Origin: a virus
Lineage: Duplodnaviria > Caudoviricetes
Virus record (IMG/VR): IMGVR_UViG_3300012665_000817
Span: 1 to 64,000 of that record
Reading direction: 5' to 3' (one strand)
DNA length: 64,000 nucleotides
Part shown: positions 12,101 to 18,500 of the stretch, piece by piece
How positions within the stretch are numbered: the first letter of the stretch is position 1
Layout of the letters: each line of letters opens with the position of its first letter
Made by a program: the position numbers and the translations under genes
The notes under the pieces: model-generated
The model's input: the letters and a program-made list of their open reading frames with translations, nothing else
Database searches by the model: none
Told to the model about the DNA's origin: nothing

Positions 12101-14551
12101 AAAGCTCGTCCAGTTAAGGCTTTCTACGACTTGGTAACACAAAACGGTATGCAGAGTATTCGTGACATTCTAGATCGTGTTGTTGTAGAGCGTGAAGAAA
12201 CTCCAGAAAGCAAGATTGCTCTTAAGAACTACAAGCCTCTTACTCTAGATAAGGTAGAAGATGGCTCTACTGGAAAGCTAGATAAAGATGTAACTTACAA
12301 GATCGAAGGTGATGATATTGTCCTCACTGGATTCTTTAAGTTTAATAACGAAAAGCTTAAAGAAGCAGGATTTAAGGCAAGAAAGAATCCAGACGGAACT
12401 TGGGCAAATGATCGTCGCCTTACAATTGAAGATGATCTTAAGAAGGTAGATAAGCTCAACCAACTTAAGAAGATCCTTGAGGGTGTCATCGAGCCAGTTA
12501 AGGCAGATGTAGTTATTACCACAGCGCATCAATCAAAGGGTCTGCAATGGGACAAGGTTCGTATATTTGATGACTTCTGGGGTCCAAAGTTTAATAAGGA
12601 GACTGGCGAGATTGATATGCCAGCACCAGAAGAACTTCGTCTTGCATATGTTGCAATTACTCGTGCTCAGAAAGAAGTTTACCTAGGACCTCTTAGCTGG
12701 GTTAATGACTACACATCTGAAGAAGATGAGCAAGCAACTCCATCATCTTTAATATTGCAAGCAACGAACATTGAAACAGATCCAGTACCAGTTACACCAG
12801 AAGAGTTTGGTGATGAAGTACAGGAAACTGCAAAGAAGATTGACCCAGCTACTCAGAAGATTGCAGATGCAATTATTGCAGCCCTTGAAGCAGGAACTGC
12901 TCCTTGGCGCAAGCCGTGGACTGGCGGAGGATTCCTTCCAACTAGCGTTGCAACTGGCAAGATGTATGAAGGAACAAACGTCCTTGTACTCTGGGCAGCT
13001 CAGGAGCGCAATGGTTGGTCAGACAATCGTTGGCTTACATACAAGCAAGCAGAAAAGCTTGGCGGAAACATCAAGCGTGGCGAAAAGGCAACATCAATCA
13101 TCCACTGGACTCCAAAGTTCAAGGATGTTAAGCAGCCAGATGGAACTATCGAAAAGGTATTTGTTTACACACCGCCAAAGATCATTAACGTCTTTAACGT
13201 AGAACAAGCAGAGGGCATTAATCTCCCTCCACTAGTTAAGGGTGAGCCAATCCCAGTGAGCCAAGCAGAGCAGACTCTTCTTGACACATACAAGGATCGT
13301 CCAGAGATTTTCTACAAGTCTCAAGACAGCGCTTACTACTCACCAGTAACAGACACTATTCACTTGCCACTTCGTGAGCAGTTCGGTGCAGAGCAAGACT
13401 TGTTTGAGACTCTAGTTCACGAACTTGCACACAGCACAGGGCACACATCTCGTGTAAACCGCAAGGATCTTACAGACAACTACGGAACTCATAAGGCAAG
13501 CCGTGGTGAAGAAGAACTTATTGCAGAAATCTCTGTAGCACTTGTTGCTGCTCGTCTTGGAGTTGAGATTGACTTCGGTAACGTTGCATCTTATGCAAAG
13601 TCATGGCTTGGAGCTCTTAAGAACGATCCAACAATGATTATCAAGGCAGCCAAGCAAGCACAAAAGGCTGTAGACCATATGCTAGGCAAGCAAGAAGAGC
13701 CAGCAAAGGTTGATGAAGAAGGAAACCCTGAAGAGCCTGTTGGCGAAGGTGTTGGTAGCGAAGGTAAGACTGGCGATGAAATTGCAGAAGATGCAGGGTT
13801 AAAGCCAGAGTCAACTCCTGAACCTAATGTCGGCGAGCAGGGTAAAACTGGAGAAGAGATTGCTCAAGAAGATGACATCAAACCTGCTGGTATAAAAGGT
13901 GGACACGATCTTAGCCCTAGAGAAGCATTTACCAAAGCTGTAAATCGTACCGATGTAGATATTAAAAAAGTATATGGTGCAGAAGAAAAATACCAGCCTC
14001 AACTGCAGAAAGATATGGAACCACCTGCTGCCCCTAGACGTGCAGATTTTCAAGATAGTGACTCTTATATAGCAGCTCATAAAAAATATGTTAAAGACTT
14101 TAATAACTACTACCTTGAAAGATCAACAAATATTCAATCTTCAATAGGAGAAAAACATTTAGACGGGTCTCCAAAAGGTGTTCAAAATTATGTAAAAGAT
14201 ATAATCACCGCCGATTGGTTTGTAGAAGCCTTTGGCGATGGAGGACAGATAGGAAGACCTCCAGTTAGCCTGTTCAGTGGTAAGAGCCATGGTGGTAAAT
14301 ATACTTATGGCTTTAAAAACGGTGCGTTTATGTCATCATTAAAAATTAACAGACTTTTAGCGAAAAGTGAGCCAAATATCCTTCACGAAATTGCTCATTT
14401 TGCTACAACAATTGCCGTGGCAGAGGGGCATGACGCTCATGGTGTAGAGTATAGAATGAATTATATTTTTATCACTGATAAAGTACTTGGTCGTGAAGCT
14501 GCAGAAAGTCTTAAAGAGTCTTACAGAAAGGGAAATCTAAATGTCGGATGA
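3125..14551 (+). CDS. giant polyvalent head-associated protein: DEDDh exonuclease + UvrD-like SF1 helicase + ArdC-N/MPTase + C-terminal zincin
   Basis: 3808-aa uninterrupted ORF between portal and prohead protease. Motifs: DFET/HNAEFD/HDARTD; ALAGTGKT/DEAQD/GDGNQSIYGFRGA/SFRFG/TAHQSKG/YVAITRA; PWRKPW/YEGTN/WLTYKQA/VFNVEQ; HELAH; HEIAH. Confidence 0.9.
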   Translation: MSKKNQRQLHILSQSETIFSTRQQARIIRSEALQMIEAANEFTTNTRRVNRRSAFRVVSRSLHSSEGLPFSVRKHQALTELSNYISLAKYNKVVGLTAFNTDLLPLTHPRSTREHSMTASAIIRTHVQWVTDDPRITDENAKALIASAMLAPANSPEKLYAITRLENLPQGHVPLEAMTAAYGGGNSAAAKRARVALQLRDRLGRWVEMFGGLGIKVKRRDGSTASLSGRAVGQNIFSPQLADVELGDGRIVAMPIRQSRGGNFLASDEAKKDGFTRAGSTADDMDDPIIDEADLTFMESPSSFDKDEKGSKQGTTKYTDQAYDVVKFDSNKRALEDIVETNKIRAEKDLDDAAVDKQGETDADTGKQFWDPEKPIYAVSRRGGTPFAYTQSWNDAQQRIQADQRFLDEEEGRTPLARITQDDNTPEDETPLVDQQDKFKKEEIARLPEPEADAEAPQGFEYKVPEDTYEVTNPTAPYRSVSEYDDPASLANMFQGDELVEGLDDALDTGLGRLTFPDSVGPDGEPTGGEQEVPAEAILKAIDEKGGDAELALAQAYDKRLGTNENEDALAAKREADKEGKVGEPKKLGEVFDEVTKAPEPEPEAPAEEETPDADIPEITEDAEPSTYPALIDGLTEEEQAEFDKNKDYTPYLSEDAPVEWPEGSTPPQNRILSEEERAQALEIANSDIPDEDLVESYNGAIKNKYDEDGYAPFGDLDENNEVQTIQVPSEVLRDAMKLRNFDMDETNQQVVDGTWDEVDPEDEVALEEEPVAEIPTPRIPDEGKGTKAGKDPLKEGWGSEDWIDETSKDPRFHEMLKKNKDFARLTGFFNDPTFDSPLLSDYQDKEMEGFEAGSEVEAIDTGEYGFEPGPSARVQYALDILQDPTQSVRGGFKDFRTGERSAENERNILKAADEQLDLAKQDLSESDVIENKAIDSVRATLAKEIAKLDKQIEKDKKKAEEDAIAPQVSYRLRGDRLELRSGKKAPFRIQEVKDFLDDNGFDWNPDAKAETKSGMDEKQAKAFLKELKDRFGIDLLEREGQARLDLDAVDETPEPEAEDLTPETTDVAGPEVSKDKTDIADALPDTLPEGWSKDPESATLAKNEDGTILDLVDEPGAKYWFLLGGSLEQSVEFNNPQEAFDYHEKNMKGESAPLSDGPFRPNGILPGLPGYKRDPEVPIDLRGDYIKVGDRVLHRGKYKKVKEITGKGLDRTVWFEEEFPGENNWLTVGIKPQSVKSPLENDGPETLDVAGEKVIKVPNGLGDWELDNFVLRKVFGKWTVRDKNGVKKFGKYDTMEDAVKAIQESRKEKPAATPTPAEIVPNFKPKPKATSEEDVSSEENVTTQVVTDMEEEEAPEATPTTPEETTPTESEIPEPTTQRKVLIFKLVFANFGPRMYQTAGKGSKDLAPEVQAMFDELAKLDTETLKALGRNVNETWGWKYIKNVDPKRGSKADTPDIGDGEVEIVSEPEQPASTIDESNIEDAVIVTTPRIATAKTTDLKPGDVMTKDFFTVTKVEPGFEKKRNGEMVPASRVSGYYPGGVEQSSKLWADDVLFDVYRDVTPPAKGDLPELNQPKMGDYGKLTKVNGDWELKDPAEQKQFEQDMEKYQEQLATQKALWDAPEVEPTVKEFTPENTLHVVNALGKDLKPNDIAFRRDGDNLSEFFVIEEVLPGTVMVERADGKPAEEKVQIRGYYPGHESQVKSWKVGTSVEVLRGEKAENIPAKGDKPAIESIEPGTLKGQAYKDKNAEISAARKEAGSAYTPNLTATDIPAVLVQKPSNWDRGNRPAFFGKAAELANLKDGAAISEALKGKRVVYFDFETVGTGKFDNDNPDAPIQVAASVWEGGEKVGEINLFINPGEPLGDFYYKTDADGNKVLDPEKLLISDGQIVDDEFLASQPSIEEQLRAFAEFAGQDAIFVAHNAEFDTNTFEKWAKKFGIDYNMDGVIDTLELAKSMTPKGNKLGQVAKRYGIEKTDEEWHDARTDSEVLPAILEGLLGDIKPDNREFDSATRLAEFNAKRSAYNEKMEAFKKQEAELAMAEAVKRGMSGEQVSVDEMLGKPTTTSGFGSEGSTDTAEEYAYESIFGGKINNSWIEDDENTFVVDEGGATVGDIKVGDFVPAEGGGYHEVVELQQDPEDPNGTIVIRRIVSTGELYSTRVTEKKSPGIGWSNGKVLKGTLRRRNELAGKTPAEVKDLVSKPVVVAPEPKTKPKTATPKGKKSITPEETQSVVSDAIETITSGAKPDATVEEAVKGLPVDDTTKTAVLAVRPDASINHLSADGVALKVGDRVRGVKHGRMGEVRAILTTYGPRGYKNYVKVKFDDAAKRENISAGSLQIINPDDGGGFFVDTTPPTVGEPVNPNETPKSTEELTSLLTGDVADNTPTVEVPEEPVVMDAEERSRIWKENEEKRMKYALDLNYRQVSPEALAELTAAVQDISQYDKGHQRSVTAFMPSLSTGKPVKATYTFVKPSKKELEYREDFEPDDIIVKIGPSNTEAVIKSDGKIFYFDNPSIPNWWFSVRSPDLYTAIEKKDEVTLPLGEKPDLENMGMISLNQEFPIESAGSPDDELDPDFIADSPDAEPKGIKPTKQQQAVIDAVVSGKDVIVQALAGTGKTSTLKMAAKAVAEKDPEKTILYIAFNKAVAAELNADPDRPSNMIARTNTQVAWHHSPTWMQKRSFDKTSIGFPTEVADHLEFGPVKVTEIKKDGTKVEATLSSREVVAVVRQAVTAFAQSADEKIMPKHFTDNFVDIPEVFIDYANRWWDDISSPKGRLTMNQSFPEKYVQLNGIDVTMSPDSETTNPDKVIPAADIIFFDEAQDINDVAGDWVRKQNVQKVFVGDGNQSIYGFRGAKDQLDTLEGAEKLQITESFRFGPNIAAPANRFLAVAGKPERVIGAGKDQGKVVESLDQMPDPDAVLVRTNGGGFKAMLEYLEQGKTVGISQSTKTRLEEVIDTTSWLMGGKKGSKPAKYNAEIGMYDSWEELSTAVREGKARPVKAFYDLVTQNGMQSIRDILDRVVVEREETPESKIALKNYKPLTLDKVEDGSTGKLDKDVTYKIEGDDIVLTGFFKFNNEKLKEAGFKARKNPDGTWANDRRLTIEDDLKKVDKLNQLKKILEGVIEPVKADVVITTAHQSKGLQWDKVRIFDDFWGPKFNKETGEIDMPAPEELRLAYVAITRAQKEVYLGPLSWVNDYTSEEDEQATPSSLILQATNIETDPVPVTPEEFGDEVQETAKKIDPATQKIADAIIAALEAGTAPWRKPWTGGGFLPTSVATGKMYEGTNVLVLWAAQERNGWSDNRWLTYKQAEKLGGNIKRGEKATSIIHWTPKFKDVKQPDGTIEKVFVYTPPKIINVFNVEQAEGINLPPLVKGEPIPVSQAEQTLLDTYKDRPEIFYKSQDSAYYSPVTDTIHLPLREQFGAEQDLFETLVHELAHSTGHTSRVNRKDLTDNYGTHKASRGEEELIAEISVALVAARLGVEIDFGNVASYAKSWLGALKNDPTMIIKAAKQAQKAVDHMLGKQEEPAKVDEEGNPEEPVGEGVGSEGKTGDEIAEDAGLKPESTPEPNVGEQGKTGEEIAQEDDIKPAGIKGGHDLSPREAFTKAVNRTDVDIKKVYGAEEKYQPQLQKDMEPPAAPRRADFQDSDSYIAAHKKYVKDFNNYYLERSTNIQSSIGEKHLDGSPKGVQNYVKDIITADWFVEAFGDGGQIGRPPVSLFSGKSHGGKYTYGFKNGAFMSSLKINRLLAKSEPNILHEIAHFATTIAVAEGHDAHGVEYRMNYIFITDKVLGREAAESLKESYRKGNLNVG
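8560..9130 (+). other. DEDDh (DnaQ-like) 3'-5' exonuclease domain within the giant protein (approximate bounds)
   Basis: ExoI VYFDFETVG, ExoII FVAHNAEFD and ExoIII WHDARTD are all present. Confidence 0.9.
10880..12710 (+). other. UvrD/Rep-like SF1 helicase domain within the giant protein (approximate bounds)
   Basis: Walker A ALAGTGKT, Walker B FFDEAQD, and motifs VGDGNQSIYGFRGA, ESFRFG, LVRTN, TTAHQSKGLQW, AYVAITRA. Confidence 0.92.
12848..13690 (+). other. ArdC-like ssDNA-binding domain plus MPTase zincin within the giant protein (approximate bounds)
   Basis: IIAALEAGTAPWRKPW...YEGTNVLVL...WLTYKQAEKLGGNIKRGEKAT...VFNVEQ, then AYYSP..D.IHLP...HELAHSTGH...EELIAE...ASY.KSW. This is the canonical ArdC architecture. 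Confidence 0.9.
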
Positions 14552-14657
14552 TTTTGAGTATGAAATTGTGGACCCTCTACCTGATGACTACAACCCAGAG
14601 CCTTCTGAAGAAGAGTATCCAGAAGAAGAAGAAGAAGACCTAGAGAAGACGGTATAA
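14541..14657 (+). CDS. small highly acidic protein (38 aa)
   Basis: MSDDFEYEIVDPLPDDYNPEPSEEEYPEEEEEDLEKTV*. Its ATG overlaps the end of the giant ORF and SD-like GAAAGGG lies upstream. Below the ORF-track cutoff. Confidence 0.55.
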   Translation: MSDDFEYEIVDPLPDDYNPEPSEEEYPEEEEEDLEKTV

Positions 14658-14659
14658 TA

Positions 14660-14785
14660 ATGACTAAGTCAGATAAGGAAAAGTACAACGAGGCTGTCGT
14701 TGCTGCTTATCGCAAGATTATCGAGCTGGCAGAGGTTGATCCCAATGCTGACTCCTATGAGCCTGAGGATGAGGAAAAGCTATGA
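14660..14785 (+). CDS. small acidic protein (41 aa)
   Basis: MTKSDKEKYNEAVVAAYRKIIELAEVDPNADSYEPEDEEKL*. It starts 2 nt after the previous stop and ends in an ATGA overlap with 14782. Confidence 0.6.
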   Translation: MTKSDKEKYNEAVVAAYRKIIELAEVDPNADSYEPEDEEKL

Positions 14786-15504
14786 AACTTTCTAATGCTA
14801 AGTCCTACCCGCTCGAAGGTATGTCTTTAATCTATGCAAATGGCGAGAATGTTGTTTATCAAGCTGTATTTTCTACAGAAAAGTTTGGTACTTTCACAAG
14901 AGTAGATGGCCAATGGCTTGCCTTGTCTCCAGACGATACTAGCCTCGAGAACCTTTCAATTATGGACATTCTTCCTGCTGACTACAAAGTAGTTACAGAT
15001 ATGTTCGATGCTGCTCAGAAGGCAAATACTTATCTTACATATGACCAAGTTAAAGACTATGAAGTTGCCTACTCTTTTGAAGAAAGTGGCAAGTCTATGA
15101 CTGCAGCAGTCGAGACATCAGAGGGATGTCCTCCTGCTACTTCAGACATCGCTATAAACTTAAAAAATAGAGAAGGTGCTATCAAAACTGCTGGTTATGG
15201 ACCAATGAATCCAGCACTTCCAAATAACAAGTTTTGGCAAGCAAAGGCAGATCGCTGGACTGTTCCAGTTGAAGATGCAAAGAAATCCCTGTGTGGAAAT
15301 TGCGCTGTATTCATTCAAACACCAAAAATGCTTGACTGTATTGCTTCTGGACTTGGAAATGAAGCAGGAAATGACGCTTGGGGCTCAATCGAGGCTGGCG
15401 ATCTAGGGTATTGTGAAGCATTCGACTTTAAATGTGCAGCTTCTAGAACATGCGATGCATGGGTAGCTGGCGGACCAGTAACTGAGGAGTCAGGAAAAAT
15501 ATGA
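14782..15504 (+). CDS. head-module protein with C-terminal Cys-rich HiPIP-like domain
   Basis: CGNCAVF...GYCEAFDFKCAASRTCDAW motif. ATGA-coupled on both sides. Confidence 0.6.
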   Translation: MKLSNAKSYPLEGMSLIYANGENVVYQAVFSTEKFGTFTRVDGQWLALSPDDTSLENLSIMDILPADYKVVTDMFDAAQKANTYLTYDQVKDYEVAYSFEESGKSMTAAVETSEGCPPATSDIAINLKNREGAIKTAGYGPMNPALPNNKFWQAKADRWTVPVEDAKKSLCGNCAVFIQTPKMLDCIASGLGNEAGNDAWGSIEAGDLGYCEAFDFKCAASRTCDAWVAGGPVTEESGKI

Positions 15505-18500
15505 TGGAGTTTATCGGTCGTAACGGAACTAGAGCTCTCTTTGTTTCAGACGATAAAGGCGTTGTTGTAGATGACTCTGTAAACATTGTTACTGCATTAG
15601 ATATCAAAGAGCCTCTCATTGCTTCCTTCGAATGGGACTCAAAGGGTGCTCGTCCTACCGATACAGCAGTAGAGCTTGCAGCCGCTGCTTTAACATCTCT
15701 TGACATCAAAGTATTTTCAAATAACGACCGTATGTACACAATTCCAGACTCTGTTATCGCAGAGGCAAAGCGTGGACTTGCATGGCGCAAGGAAGAAGAT
15801 CGTGGCGGCACTTCAGTAGGTATGAACACTGCTCGCACACTTGCTCGTGGTGGACAAATTGGTATTCGCAAGGTTCGTCATATTGCTAAGTACTTCCCAC
15901 GTCATCAAGTAGATAAAAAGGGAACTGGCTACAAGCCGGGACAAAAGAATTATCCATCTAATGGCCGTATTGCTTGGGCTTTATGGGGTGGAGATGCCGC
16001 AGAGCGTTGGGCATCAGCAATTGTAGAGCGTGAAAATAAAGCAGCAAAGTCAAATGCAATGCTTGCTTATGGCTACGAGTCATACGAGCACGAGATGCCA
16101 AAGGCTGTTGACTATGACTCTTTCATTACTTCAAAGACAATGCCTGAAGATAATGTAATTGAATTTTTTGTTCGCATCCGTATGGATGGATCTGGTATTG
16201 ATCGCCTATATCGCATTGAACCTAATGGTTTGATGTATGTATGGGACGACGGCAACTGGGACGACATGGGTAACCCAGACAACGATCACCACAGCTATGA
16301 CAAGATGTTGGATGATATCGAAGACACTGTGCCTAAGACACACATGCCTGTTGACACAGAAACAGCGCTTCTCATTGCTGCTCTTCTAGATAACGAACCT
16401 CTTATTGCTCATCGGATTGACAAGCTTCAACCAGAAGAACACAAGATGATTGTTGATGCTCGCCCTGAGCTTGATTGGGAGTTGATGAATGAAATCATCA
16501 TGCCTGATGAAGAAGCATCCATGTGGGATTACGATGACTCACTTACTGCGGCAGGAGAAGCTCCATCAGATAACGATGGAAACTACACTCCCGAAGAGCG
16601 CTCAGCAAATGCTGGAGCACAGCTTCGTGATAAGACAGGTAAGTTTGCAAAGATGGGTGGCCGAGTAGTAATCGGTGGTCGTCCAAACTATCAAGGAAAC
16701 ATTCGTTCTATTGATAATGCAACAGGCAATGTCAAGGTAGAGCTTGATAACGGCAACATGATTGATGTTAATGCAAAGCTTACAGAGCCACTAGATACCT
16801 ACACACCAATTCCTCAAGGGTTTGCTGAAACAGAGCTAGATACAAGCGGAATTCTTGGTGAGCCTCGTACTCCTATGGATTCACCAATTCGTATGCCAGG
16901 AACACTACCTCCTCTTAATGCACAAAATTTAAACTCAATGCTTACAAACTATCCACAGTGGGTTGCTGATCAAAGATTATCTCCAGACACTGCAGAGTCA
17001 ACAGCAACATCTGCTACACCAGGAGTTGCAGAAAAGCCTCCAGCAAGAAGTGCAGATCCTCTTGCAAAATATTATCCTCAAGCAATGAAGCAGCCTACAA
17101 AATCTGTCAATGCCTATAACATTCCAACACTGAAGAGATGGTTAGAAGCAGATAAAAACGGACTTAGAACTGCAACTCCTTTTCAAGATCCTGCAGACAC
17201 AAAAAAGTATATTGATGCTAAAGGAGCTCAGAGTCCTTTTCTAGATAAAAAAGGAAGACCTCTTAAGGCATCTGTCGAGTCTCCAGTAAATATGACACCA
17301 GAAACATCAGACGTTCCAATTGTTCATATGGCTGTTGTATCTCCAGATGATCCACAGGCGGTTATGGATTTAGTTGCTCTAGTTCCTTCAACAGATGTAA
17401 GCACTACTCCAACAACATTTACTCGTAAGGATGGTAAGTGGGTTCCAGAACCTCAGATTCTTTCTGACCTTCGTAGTGCAACACCACCTCCAGTAGTAGT
17501 TCTAGATGACACCAATCTTCTTGATGTTTTAGAGCAAGTTGATGGTAAGAAGTCAGTTACTGCAGCAGGTGGTTTAGATCGCAATAAAGGTCAAGCAGAA
17601 AAGCTTCGTCGTTACTGGACCTACGGCAAGGGTGCAGCCAAGATTCGTTGGAAGACTCCCGGAGATTGGACTCGCTGCTACAAGCAGTTGGCTAAGTACA
17701 TGGGACCTCGTGCCAAGGGCTACTGCGCCCTTCGCCACAAGGAGATGAATGGCTACTGGCCAGGAGATCGTAAAAACGATAGAAAGTCTGATTTTTCAGT
17801 CAACACTATGCATTCTTATGACGAGCTTTTGAGCACTTTTGTTATGAGAGCTAAGGCAGCAGATGCCAAGGCTAGAGTCCTAACTGCTGGGGCGTATGAG
17901 ACCAACGAGACTGCAAAATCTCAAGGTGCAGAGTTCTTAATCCCTCTTGTTATTCCAGAAGGTATGGAGTCTGGCGATGGAAGAATTATGAGAAAGGGCG
18001 CTCTCGATATGAGAGAACTTCCTCTTCCACTTCTATGGCAGATTAAAACAGGCGAAGGACATGATGGTTCTGTCGTAGTTGGTCAGATCACTAGTATGGA
18101 AAGAACTGATGAAGGTATTGGAAATGCCAAGGGTCATTTCGATACTGGAGAATATGGTAAGGAAGCCGAGCGTCTAGTGCGTGGAGGTTTCATCAGAGGA
18201 GTGTCAGCTGACCTAGACCAGTTCGAGGCAGATGATGAGCGCAAAGATGATGAAAACGGATCTGACACTAAGGTAGATGCGGGTAAAATTACTATCACAA
18301 AAGCACGAGTCATGGCTGTGACTATCGTGCCTAAACCTGCTTTCCAAGAGTGCACAATTCAGTTAGCTAGCGAAGCTAACGTTGAGGAGGATGAAGTGAA
18401 CATTCCTGACGGAGTTTACGTCGAGGGAGTCAATGCTCTGGAAGCTTCGGCTCTAGTTGCTTGTGGAATGATTGCTGGAGCAATTCCAGTAACACCACCA

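Noticed and set aside
959-13202. Numerous short alternative-frame and antisense ORFs over the portal and giant genes
   Set aside because: They are fully nested in long motif-bearing genes and lack recognisable motifs or SD sites.
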